From: Candidatus Aenigmatarchaeota archaeon
Lineage (GTDB): Archaea; Aenigmatarchaeota; Aenigmatarchaeia; CG10238-14; SCSR01
Direction of reading: 5' to 3'
DNA: 64,000 nucleotides
Assembly (NCBI GenBank): GCA_038998335.1
Contig: JAVZHQ010000001.1
Span: forward strand, 140,455 to 204,454
Below are positions 56,455 to 64,000 of this stretch, piece by piece. Position 1 is the stretch's first letter. Each line of letters opens with the position of its first letter. The position numbers were made by a program, and so were the translations under genes. Below the pieces are notes generated by a model. The model did no database searches, was not told where the DNA came from, and saw only the letters and a list, made by a program, of their open reading frames with translations.

Positions 56455-56491
56455 ATTATCATTTTTTGGTTTTTTGTGTATAAAAAAAGAA

Positions 56492-56791
56492 CTAGGAAAT
56501 GTTTGGAAAAATAAGTGAGGCTATTTCCTTTGCTACACTATTTGGATTGCTATAGACCCTTCTAGCTTTAACTCTTTTAACAAAGTAGCCCATTTGAGTC
56601 AAAATTTTATGTTTCTTTTCATATTTTGGGCTATTCCTTTCTGAGTAATCTATTTCTATAATGAAATGGCCAAAGAGCAAAAAATCTACTGTATAATTTT
56701 CAATTTTTGCCTTCACTTTTATATTTTCCTCTCCAATGTATTGAGCCAGATAGTTGTGAAGCATCTGTCTGGCTAGGAGTATATGTTCCAT
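56492..56791 (-). CDS. DUF559/Vsr-like endonuclease domain protein (degenerate)
   Basis: YTVDF....IIEID......L..GY.V.R. Confidence 0.6.
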   Translation of the reverse strand: MEHILLARQMLHNYLAQYIGEENIKVKAKIENYTVDFLLFGHFIIEIDYSERNSPKYEKKHKILTQMGYFVKRVKARRVYSNPNSVAKEIASLIFPNIS

Positions 56792-56844
56792 AAAACAGAA
56801 ATTTAACACAAAAATATAAAAATTTTTTTTAATTATTTTCATTT

Positions 56845-57489
56845 ATGTCGTTAGTCGGAGAGCTCTTCGCAAAAGAGTTTGGTGAGAAAGAAGGAGTATG
56901 TTGGCAAAGAGTTATGCAAGTTTTAGCTTCCTATAACTGGAAAAATGGGAAATTTGATGTAAGACTTTATCTTAGTGGGCTTAAAGGTATGGAATTAAAA
57001 ATTCTGTCAGAATATTTAAAATTTCTTCCGAAACTTAGAGTAGTTTACAATAAACACAACTATAAAATTTACGATTTGGTTACTAATTCCTTAGATGCTT
57101 ATAAAAGAATGGAGAAGGAAAAAGAAAGAAAGAAGAAAATCTTACCGTTTATTATAAAACGTGCTAAAGAATTTTCAAAAGAATTAGTTCAAAACATTGG
57201 TTTACTCGAACCTATGATATTTCTTAGAGGGAGCGCTTCACCCAGATCCAAAAAAATATTCTGGTATTATGATAGCCCAGAGTTGATTTTTGTTTCGGAT
57301 GTGGATTTAGAAATAATAGTGCCAGAAGTTAACACCGAAATTATACATTACAGTAGAAATGAAGCATACAATTTCTCTGTAAAAAGTAAGATTCCCATAA
57401 ATGTATATTTTAAAAGGTTTTCTAATTTAGACGAAGGTTTGGTTAAATACGGTTATCCTTTAAGCTTACCTTACAAGTTTTATGGTTGA
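56845..57489 (+). CDS. Pol-beta-type nucleotidyltransferase domain protein
   Basis: FLRGS ... SDVDLEII. Confidence 0.6.
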   Translation: MSLVGELFAKEFGEKEGVCWQRVMQVLASYNWKNGKFDVRLYLSGLKGMELKILSEYLKFLPKLRVVYNKHNYKIYDLVTNSLDAYKRMEKEKERKKKILPFIIKRAKEFSKELVQNIGLLEPMIFLRGSASPRSKKIFWYYDSPELIFVSDVDLEIIVPEVNTEIIHYSRNEAYNFSVKSKIPINVYFKRFSNLDEGLVKYGYPLSLPYKFYG

Positions 57490-57490
57490 G

Positions 57491-57564
57491 TGGGCCTGCC
57501 GGGATTTGAACCCGGGACCTTCTGGTTAAGAGCCAGCTGCTCTACCATGCTGAGCTACAGGCCC
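57491..57564 (-). tRNA. tRNA-Lys(CTT)
   Basis: Loop CTCTTAA, acceptor GGGCCTG/CAGGCCC. Confidence 0.95.
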
Positions 57565-58229
57565 ATGCTTATTCTCTTAATTATTTTGTAAGCTTCGCTT
57601 AACTTTTTAACTGAAAAGTCTGGCTTAACTTTTTCTTTTAGCGGAACATATTTATGGCTATGTTCTAACCTTTTTATAAATATTGTTTTTATCCCAAGCC
57701 TTTTTCCTGTAAGTATTCCTCTGTCAAGCCTGTTATCGATTATTATAAAATTTTCTTTTGGTTCTTTCCATTTTTTAAGAATAAACTCAAAAAATTTTGT
57801 GTCGCTTTTTATGCATTTTGTATCATCTTGCGATACTATATCGTCAAAAAACTTTTCAAGCTCAAAATAACCTATCTTCATTTTTATTATAGGTTTTATA
57901 GCATCGGAAGCAAGAATAAGCTTATGTTCATCTTTCTTCAATTTAAGAAGAAATTTTTTCGAACCTTTTATAAGTTTTAAGTATTTTAAGTTTTTAAGAT
58001 GAGCTTCTTTCCAAGTTTTTCCAAGTTTTAACTCTCTAGAAAAAATCCTCCAATCATGCCACTCTTTGGTTCCTTCTAATTTTTCTGCAAACTTGAAAAA
58101 AATTTTCTTAGCTTCCTTTAAACTTACTTTATACTTTTTAGAAATTCTTTTGAAAAAATACTCCAAGACTTTTTCCTCAAAAATGAGATTATCGATTAAA
58201 ACACCGTCCAAATCAATTATAACTATCAT
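57555..58229 (-). CDS. HAD-family hydrolase
   Basis: DLDGVL, ASD, KSD, IDNR. Confidence 0.85.
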   Translation of the reverse strand: MIVIIDLDGVLIDNLIFEEKVLEYFFKRISKKYKVSLKEAKKIFFKFAEKLEGTKEWHDWRIFSRELKLGKTWKEAHLKNLKYLKLIKGSKKFLLKLKKDEHKLILASDAIKPIIKMKIGYFELEKFFDDIVSQDDTKCIKSDTKFFEFILKKWKEPKENFIIIDNRLDRGILTGKRLGIKTIFIKRLEHSHKYVPLKEKVKPDFSVKKLSEAYKIIKRISMGL

Positions 58230-58283
58230 ATACTCACTTTTAAAATTTAAAAACTATGAGAATTAATAAGTTATAGCGAGAAA

Positions 58284-58964
58284 ATGAGCGCATTATTAGA
58301 ATTACAGCATGTAACTAAAATTTATAAGTTAGATGAGGTTGAAGTAAAGGCTTTGGATGACATAAACTTAAAAATAGAAAAAAATGAGTTTTTGGCTGTT
58401 ACTGGTCCAAGTGGCTCTGGGAAATCAACTTTACTTCATATAATGGGTTGTTTGGACAGACCAACAAAAGGAAGAGTAATTCTTGAAGGAAAGGATGTTT
58501 CAAACTTAAGCGATGCAGAACTTGCAAGAATCAGAGGAATGAAAATAGGTTTTGTTTTTCAATTCTTTAACTTATATCCAACTTTAACCGCTTTAGAAAA
58601 CGTTGAGTTGCCTATGGTTATCACGGAAAAAGATAAAAATGAAAGAAGAAAAAGAGCTCTAGAATTATTGAAAGCTGTTGGGATGGAAAAAAGAGCTAAT
58701 CATTTGCCTTCTCAACTCTCAGGAGGAGAAAGGCAAAGAGTAGCTATAGCAAGAGCTTTGGCTAATAATCCTTCGATAATTCTTGCTGACGAGCCAACAG
58801 GAAACTTAGATTCAAAGACAGGGAAAGAAATAATAAATTTATTGGCTAACCTTCAAAAAGAGGAAGGAAAAACAGTAGTAATTGTTACTCATGAACCAAC
58901 AATTGCAAGATATGCTGAAAAAATTATTTATCTTAGTGATGGTAAAATAATAAGAGGAGGATAA
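58284..58964 (+). CDS. LolD/MacB-type ABC ATPase
   Basis: [27 protein letters not shown]. Confidence 0.95.
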   Translation: MSALLELQHVTKIYKLDEVEVKALDDINLKIEKNEFLAVTGPSGSGKSTLLHIMGCLDRPTKGRVILEGKDVSNLSDAELARIRGMKIGFVFQFFNLYPTLTALENVELPMVITEKDKNERRKRALELLKAVGMEKRANHLPSQLSGGERQRVAIARALANNPSIILADEPTGNLDSKTGKEIINLLANLQKEEGKTVVIVTHEPTIARYAEKIIYLSDGKIIRGG

Positions 58965-58967
58965 AAG

Positions 58968-60209
58968 ATGAAAAAAATTTTTGCGTTAATCTTAATTTTT
59001 ATCTTTACTTTTCCAGTTTATCTTACAAAAGCTTTAGTTTCAGAACCAATAATTCAAGCAAGCGTTTCCGTTTTTCCTTCTTATATAGCTCCAGGAAACG
59101 AAGGTTATGTTCAGCTTGTTTTAAAAAATTCAGGAAGTGGTGTAGCTAGTGGAATTAAAATTTCACAAGTTTCTTTTGACAAAGCTATAATTCCTTCAGG
59201 AAGTTGGGCAGGCGAGCTTAATCCTTTAGGAATTGGTGATTCAGCAGTTTATTTTTTCAAGTTTAGAGTTTCTGAAAATGCATTGCCTGGCTTGTATACT
59301 ATAACTTTCTACATCGATTACAACACAGATTCTACGACAAAAACAATAAAACAAATTGCTATAGTAAACGTTCAGTCTACTTCTACCATAGAAATTGCTT
59401 CTATCGAGCCTTCTACTTTAAAAGCAGGAGAAAAAATTGAGATGAAATTCATTTTAGTAAACAAAGGAAACAACTCGATAAATAACATAATCTTTACTTG
59501 GAGCAGTCAAGGAAATGTTATTTTGCCCTTAGGTTCGGGAAACAGGATTTTTATCCCGAGGATAGAAGGAAACTCAAACTACGAAATTAAAACAGAGGTT
59601 TCTGTAAGTCCAAGTGTTACACCAGGGATTTATCCTTTAAACATTCTGCTCCAATACACAGATAAAACAGGAGTGAATCAAACAGTAAGTTTAGTAGCAG
59701 GAATTGAAGTAAGTGGTGAAACAGATTTTGACGTTAGTATAGAAGAATTCACTTCAACTTCTTTAACTTTAGCTGTAGCAAATACAGGAGCCTATACTGC
59801 TTATTCGGTTATAGTTAGAGTTCCTCCACAAGAAGGCTTAAGAGTAACAGGAAGCTCTACAAGCATGCTAGGCAATTTAAATGCAGGTGACTACACACTT
59901 GCAACTTTTCAAGTTTCTCTTCCAAATTTTACTGCTAATTTTAGTAGAAATTTTACAAGGAATATAACTCAACCAAAAGTTTTGGTTGAAATTTCTTACA
60001 CAGACGCTTTAGGAATAAGAAGGTCTGTTGAAAAAGAAGTAGAAATAAGTTTTTTTGGAGTTACTGGGACTGCAAGAGTTTTACTTACAAGAACTCAGCA
60101 AGGAATTTTAACTCCTGGAATTATTTATATTGCAGTTGGTGTTGTAGGAATAGTTTTGGTTGTAGCCATAGTTAAGTTGAGAAAAAGAATACAAAGGAAG
60201 AGGGAATGA
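58968..60209 (+). CDS. COG1361-like S-layer domain protein
   Basis: Signal peptide, repeated Ig-like PG..Y modules, C-terminal TM. Confidence 0.85.
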   Translation: MKKIFALILIFIFTFPVYLTKALVSEPIIQASVSVFPSYIAPGNEGYVQLVLKNSGSGVASGIKISQVSFDKAIIPSGSWAGELNPLGIGDSAVYFFKFRVSENALPGLYTITFYIDYNTDSTTKTIKQIAIVNVQSTSTIEIASIEPSTLKAGEKIEMKFILVNKGNNSINNIIFTWSSQGNVILPLGSGNRIFIPRIEGNSNYEIKTEVSVSPSVTPGIYPLNILLQYTDKTGVNQTVSLVAGIEVSGETDFDVSIEEFTSTSLTLAVANTGAYTAYSVIVRVPPQEGLRVTGSSTSMLGNLNAGDYTLATFQVSLPNFTANFSRNFTRNITQPKVLVEISYTDALGIRRSVEKEVEISFFGVTGTARVLLTRTQQGILTPGIIYIAVGVVGIVLVVAIVKLRKRIQRKRE

Positions 60210-61474
60210 AACTTAGCGATATAATAAAACTTTCGATAAGTAATCTTTCTCAAAGAGGGTTGAGAAGCTGGTTAACTGTTTTGGGAATAGTTATAGGTGT
60301 TGCTGCAGTTATTGCTATTCTTTCAATTGGAGCGGGAATGCAACAAACTATATCTTTTCAATTAAGTGGTTTGGGTGCTGACATAATCACCATTTCTCCT
60401 GGTTTTGCAAGAGCTTTTACTGTTGCTTTTCAGAGAGTTGGGCAACAACCAATAATAGAAAGAGCTCAAGTTTCAACATACTTTACAGAAAAAGATGTAC
60501 AAGCAATAAAGTCAGTAGAAGGAATAGTTGCTGTAAATAAAGTGATTTATGGAAGAGCTAACGTTACTTACTTAGCTCAAAGTGCTTCCATTTCAGTTTA
60601 TGGTGTTGAACCTTTAGCTTGGAAGGAAATATTGCCTGTTGAGATTGAAGAAGGAAGGTATTTAATGCCTGGAGATAGCGATGCTATAGTTGTTGGTAAT
60701 AGAGTGGCAAACCAAATGTTCAAAAAACCCTTAGGAATAAACACTCAACTAACAATAAACGGAAAGCCTTTTAAAATAGTTGGAATTCTAAAAGAATCAG
60801 GAGGAATAGCAGGAATAATAGGAATAGACAACTTAATCTTTATGCCATTGAGTTCAGCAAGATCTGTTTTAGGTTTTGAGGCAAACAAATACTCTTCACT
60901 TCAAGTTAAAGTTAGCGACCCTGCTTTGGTTGATTATGCTGTTAGTGAAATAGAAGAAAAATTGATGCTTTCTCGGCATGTGACAGAAGAAACAAAAGAT
61001 TTTACAATTACTTCAACAAAAACAATACAAGAGACAGTTTTAAACGTAATGAACACAATAAACTTGTTTCTTGCAGGGATAGCAGGAGTTTCTTTGTTGG
61101 TTGGAGCAATAGGAATAGCCAATACAATGTTCATGAGTGTTATGGAAAGAACAAGACAAATTGGAACTTTAAAAGCTATAGGAGCAACTAACTTTGAAGT
61201 TATGGAAATATTTTTGTTTGAATCTGCTTTTATTGGTTTGTTGGGTGGTTTGATAGGAATTTTTCTAGGTTTTATTGCTTCTGGGTTAATTTCTGAGTTG
61301 GGAATAAGGTTTTTAGCAGTAGGAGCGCGTGCTCAAGCAAGCTTAACAGTAATAACTCCTGAGCTAATTTTATTTGGTTTAGCTTTTTCAACTTTTATAG
61401 GAATCTTAGCTGGAATTCTGCCTGCAAGAAGAGCAGCTCACTTACAACCTGTAGAAGCTTTAAGGTACGAATGA
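60206..61474 (+). CDS. MacB/FtsX-type ABC permease
   Basis: RSWLTVLGIVIG, GIANTM..SV.ERT..IG..KAIGA, PA.RAA.L.PVEALRYE. Confidence 0.95.
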   Translation: MKLSDIIKLSISNLSQRGLRSWLTVLGIVIGVAAVIAILSIGAGMQQTISFQLSGLGADIITISPGFARAFTVAFQRVGQQPIIERAQVSTYFTEKDVQAIKSVEGIVAVNKVIYGRANVTYLAQSASISVYGVEPLAWKEILPVEIEEGRYLMPGDSDAIVVGNRVANQMFKKPLGINTQLTINGKPFKIVGILKESGGIAGIIGIDNLIFMPLSSARSVLGFEANKYSSLQVKVSDPALVDYAVSEIEEKLMLSRHVTEETKDFTITSTKTIQETVLNVMNTINLFLAGIAGVSLLVGAIGIANTMFMSVMERTRQIGTLKAIGATNFEVMEIFLFESAFIGLLGGLIGIFLGFIASGLISELGIRFLAVGARAQASLTVITPELILFGLAFSTFIGILAGILPARRAAHLQPVEALRYE

Positions 61475-61485
61475 TTAGCAAGAGA

Positions 61486-61559
61486 TGGGTCCGGAGGGAT
61501 TTGAACCCTCGACCAACGGGTTAAAAGCCCGCTGCTCTACCATGCTGAGCTACGGACCC
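61486..61559 (-). tRNA. tRNA-Lys(TTT)
   Basis: Loop CTTTTAA, acceptor GGGTCCG/CGGACCC. Confidence 0.95.
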
Positions 61560-61583
61560 ATATTAAAAATTTTTAATCAGAAA

Positions 61584-61769
61584 TTATTTTTTTCTTTCCC
61601 TTCTTAAGTTATGAGTTTGCCAAGCATATTTTCTTATTTTTGAGCTTTTTCCATAGCCACAAGCAGCACAAACTTTTGTTTTAACATTATAGCTATGCCT
61701 CCCACATCTTCTACATCTTACATGAACTATTTTTCTTCTTTTACCCATGGAGGGGGTTCCTTTTACCAT
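61584..61769 (-). CDS. rpl37e: 50S ribosomal protein L37e
   Basis: [11 protein letters not shown]...CRRCG..SY.....CAACGYG; true start 61769. Confidence 0.95.
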   Translation of the reverse strand: MVKGTPSMGKRRKIVHVRCRRCGRHSYNVKTKVCAACGYGKSSKIRKYAWQTHNLRRERKK

Positions 61770-61830
61770 AAAAATCACTAGGCAACTCTTATTATTTATA
61801 TGGACTTTTCTTAATTTTAATATAGAAAGA

Positions 61831-64000
61831 ATGAGAATAAGAGTATTTAAATTTGTTTTTCCACTTATAATACTTTTTCTTGCAATTTCGATAGCAAAAG
61901 CTCTTGAGTATTCTTCCGCTTCTGTAAATTCTACCATAGCAGGGAAACCAGCAGAATTTAAAGTTAAATGGTACGATCCTTCAGGTTTATCTGGTTATAT
62001 TTTTTCTTTAGACAATTGTCAAGGTAGCTTTGTTAATGATAGTTTTGTTGTTCTTTCCCAAACAAAAACCTTTAACGTTTCTAGTTTAAGTGTAATTTTT
62101 GGTAATAACTTAACCTCAGACTTAAGTGCTTTAAACACACTAGGCGAAGGTTTAACTTATGACGTAGAAGAAAGCGAAACAAGTAAAGAAGAAAGACAAG
62201 AAATTTTAAAGGGGCCTTCTTATTACCTTATCACTTTAAACCCATGGACAAACCCTGAAAACGCTTTTTCTTCAGACAATTTATACGCTTACACTTCACA
62301 AAGTGGTAGTTTTCAGGATTATGGCTATAACCTTTCAATTCCTCAAGACGCAAAAATTATTTCTGTTTTTATTGGTTTCGAGGCTTATGCTTCTGGTAAT
62401 GAAAGGTTAGAAATTAGTATTTCTTATGACGGTGGAAATACTTATTTAGGATATACCTTTGATTTACCTTCACAAGACCAAAACCAAACTGTATGGGTAA
62501 ATTTCACTAACGCTACAGATTGGACTCCAGAAAAACTAAACGATACAAATTTCAGAGTAAGGATAAGAAGTGTAAAAGTAGGTGCTATGCAACCAATCTA
62601 TGTTGACTATCTTCCTATAAATATAACTTACTCTCTTCCACCAAAGTATCAGCTAGAAGTTTGGCATGACTCTTTACCAATAAGCTATGAAGGAATTTTA
62701 ACTTCTATTTCCATAATTTTAAACTTTACTTCCACAGAAACAAAATACTATGATTTTGAGGCTTATAATTGGGTTTCAAGTTCATGGGTTAAAGAAGGTT
62801 GTGATTCTGGTTTAGTGTTTGCAAATTCGTCAACGATTTGGTATTGTAATTTTTCTTCTAATGTTATGAACTTTATTTCTCCTTCAGGTGGGATAAGAGT
62901 AAGGTTAAAATCTGAAGAAAGCGAGGAAAAAGCTGTTTTAAAAGAAGATTATCTTAAATTCTCTATTAGTTTTGCTCCTACAGAATCTTGGAGCACTACC
63001 ACAAAAACCTTAAGCTCTACAGTAAGTTGTAAAGTTAGATGGTTAGTTTATGCAAACAATACTTTAAATGAATGGAGTAAAACTGAAATTTTCGAGTTTT
63101 TAACGGCTCAGGAAGCTTTTTGTGGAAATAACGTATGTGATTCAGGAGAAACTTGTTCTAATTGTTTGCAAGATTGTCCTTGTCCAGGCTCAACAGGATG
63201 TTGTGGAAATTCTTGCGGTTGTGAAGAAGGACAAGTTTGTGAGAATAATGTTTGTGTAGCTTCAGCTCCTCAACCTCCTCCACCAGCTTTACCACCTTCA
63301 ATTCCTGTATGTAACCCAAAAACTGATTTGAATTGTTGCATTCAAACCTATCCTCAAGGATGTTGCGATTGCCCAAGTTTTGGTTACGTTAACTGTAGCA
63401 TTTCACCTTTTAATCAAACTTTTGAGGATTGTAAAGAGTTGTGTATGAATTTATGCCCAGGAGGATGTTCTGTTTTCTCTAATTCTTCTTCATGTTTAAA
63501 CGCTGGTTGTTACTGGTGTAACGGAATTTGCCAGCAATTTGCTTGTGCAAGAGATTGTTCTGTTTTTCTTAGTCCCTCCTTATGTTTAAACGCTGGGTGT
63601 GAATGGTGCGATTCAGAATGCAAAGAGCTTTGCTTGCTTAACTGGAGTTTCGTCCTTCCTTTGAGGATAGAAACTTTTGTTGATTATGAAGTTGAAGTAA
63701 CAATAAAAATCAAAAACGAAGGAGAAAAAAGTTTTAACAACGTAAAAATTCAATTAGTAAACATCTCACCTGATTTTGAGTACAAAATCTTACCAGAGTT
63801 TTACCCAAAAATTTTACCAGGAGAAACAAAAAGTTTTGTTTTAAACATCAAACCTAAAAAAGTTGGAAGTTATATAATAATTATAAATGTAAGCTCAGAT
63901 GAGGCTTTTCACTTAGCTTATGTTGGCCTATCTTCTCAACAAGCTCCAGCTAAAAAGGAGCTTATAACTATGACTGCTTTGCTTTGGTTAGCAGTTGCTG
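61831..64000 (+). CDS. Large Cys-rich cell-surface protein (runs off window; not in ORF track)
   Basis: Open frame [24 protein letters not shown]... to window end; Cys-rich repeats, Ig-like domain, TM start [13 protein letters not shown]. Confidence 0.85.
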   Translation, partial: MRIRVFKFVFPLIILFLAISIAKALEYSSASVNSTIAGKPAEFKVKWYDPSGLSGYIFSLDNCQGSFVNDSFVVLSQTKTFNVSSLSVIFGNNLTSDLSALNTLGEGLTYDVEESETSKEERQEILKGPSYYLITLNPWTNPENAFSSDNLYAYTSQSGSFQDYGYNLSIPQDAKIISVFIGFEAYASGNERLEISISYDGGNTYLGYTFDLPSQDQNQTVWVNFTNATDWTPEKLNDTNFRVRIRSVKVGAMQPIYVDYLPINITYSLPPKYQLEVWHDSLPISYEGILTSISIILNFTSTETKYYDFEAYNWVSSSWVKEGCDSGLVFANSSTIWYCNFSSNVMNFISPSGGIRVRLKSEESEEKAVLKEDYLKFSISFAPTESWSTTTKTLSSTVSCKVRWLVYANNTLNEWSKTEIFEFLTAQEAFCGNNVCDSGETCSNCLQDCPCPGSTGCCGNSCGCEEGQVCENNVCVASAPQPPPPALPPSIPVCNPKTDLNCCIQTYPQGCCDCPSFGYVNCSISPFNQTFEDCKELCMNLCPGGCSVFSNSSSCLNAGCYWCNGICQQFACARDCSVFLSPSLCLNAGCEWCDSECKELCLLNWSFVLPLRIETFVDYEVEVTIKIKNEGEKSFNNVKIQLVNISPDFEYKILPEFYPKILPGETKSFVLNIKPKKVGSYIIIINVSSDEAFHLAYVGLSSQQAPAKKELITMTALLWLAVA

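Noticed and set aside
61770-61937. N-terminal extension of L37e
   Set aside because: Overlaps the divergent surface-protein gene; L37e begins MVKGT at 61769
573-63376. Numerous short ORFs antisense to or nested in long genes (e.g. 573-920, 26897-27250, 43131-44030, 63158-63376)
   Set aside because: Shadow frames of well-supported genes with Phe/Ser/Leu-rich composition

Overview
AT-rich archaeal chromosomal window, most consistent with a small-genome DPANN-type archaeon. That placement is inferred from aIF2alpha, Nop10, L37e, Sec61beta, archaeal AsnRS plus Asn synthetase, an Lhr helicase, RNase P RNA and eight tRNAs, one with a 10-nt intron. Most of the window is housekeeping: serS, uS2, ftsZ, smc-scpA-scpB, Rqc2, nth, nfo, tmk, ABC transporters and surface proteins. 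The first ~12.6 kb is accessory. It is punctuated by a dispersed palindrome, TGTTAGACGTCTAACA, and holds two modules. Module 1 is a self-regulated HTH / V4R / adenylate-forming enzyme / methyltransferase / transglutaminase operon. Module 2 is the most notable item: a complete-looking radical-SAM RiPP cluster. It has a 54-aa precursor missed by the ORF track (C-terminus ...AYWLNWSTTT), a PqqD-like RRE, an HxsB-like rSAM/SPASM enzyme, a methyltransferase, an HxsC-like rSAM enzyme, an HExxH peptidase and a divergent SpeD/SpeE pair. Other highlights are a candidate MraZ-like regulator with a 6x direct-repeat array in front of ftsZ, a short-armed SMC, an mscL pseudogene inside the smc-scpAB locus, and two genes whose stop codons are supplied by tRNA positions 8-10. 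All assignments come from motif recognition by eye; no database searches were run.
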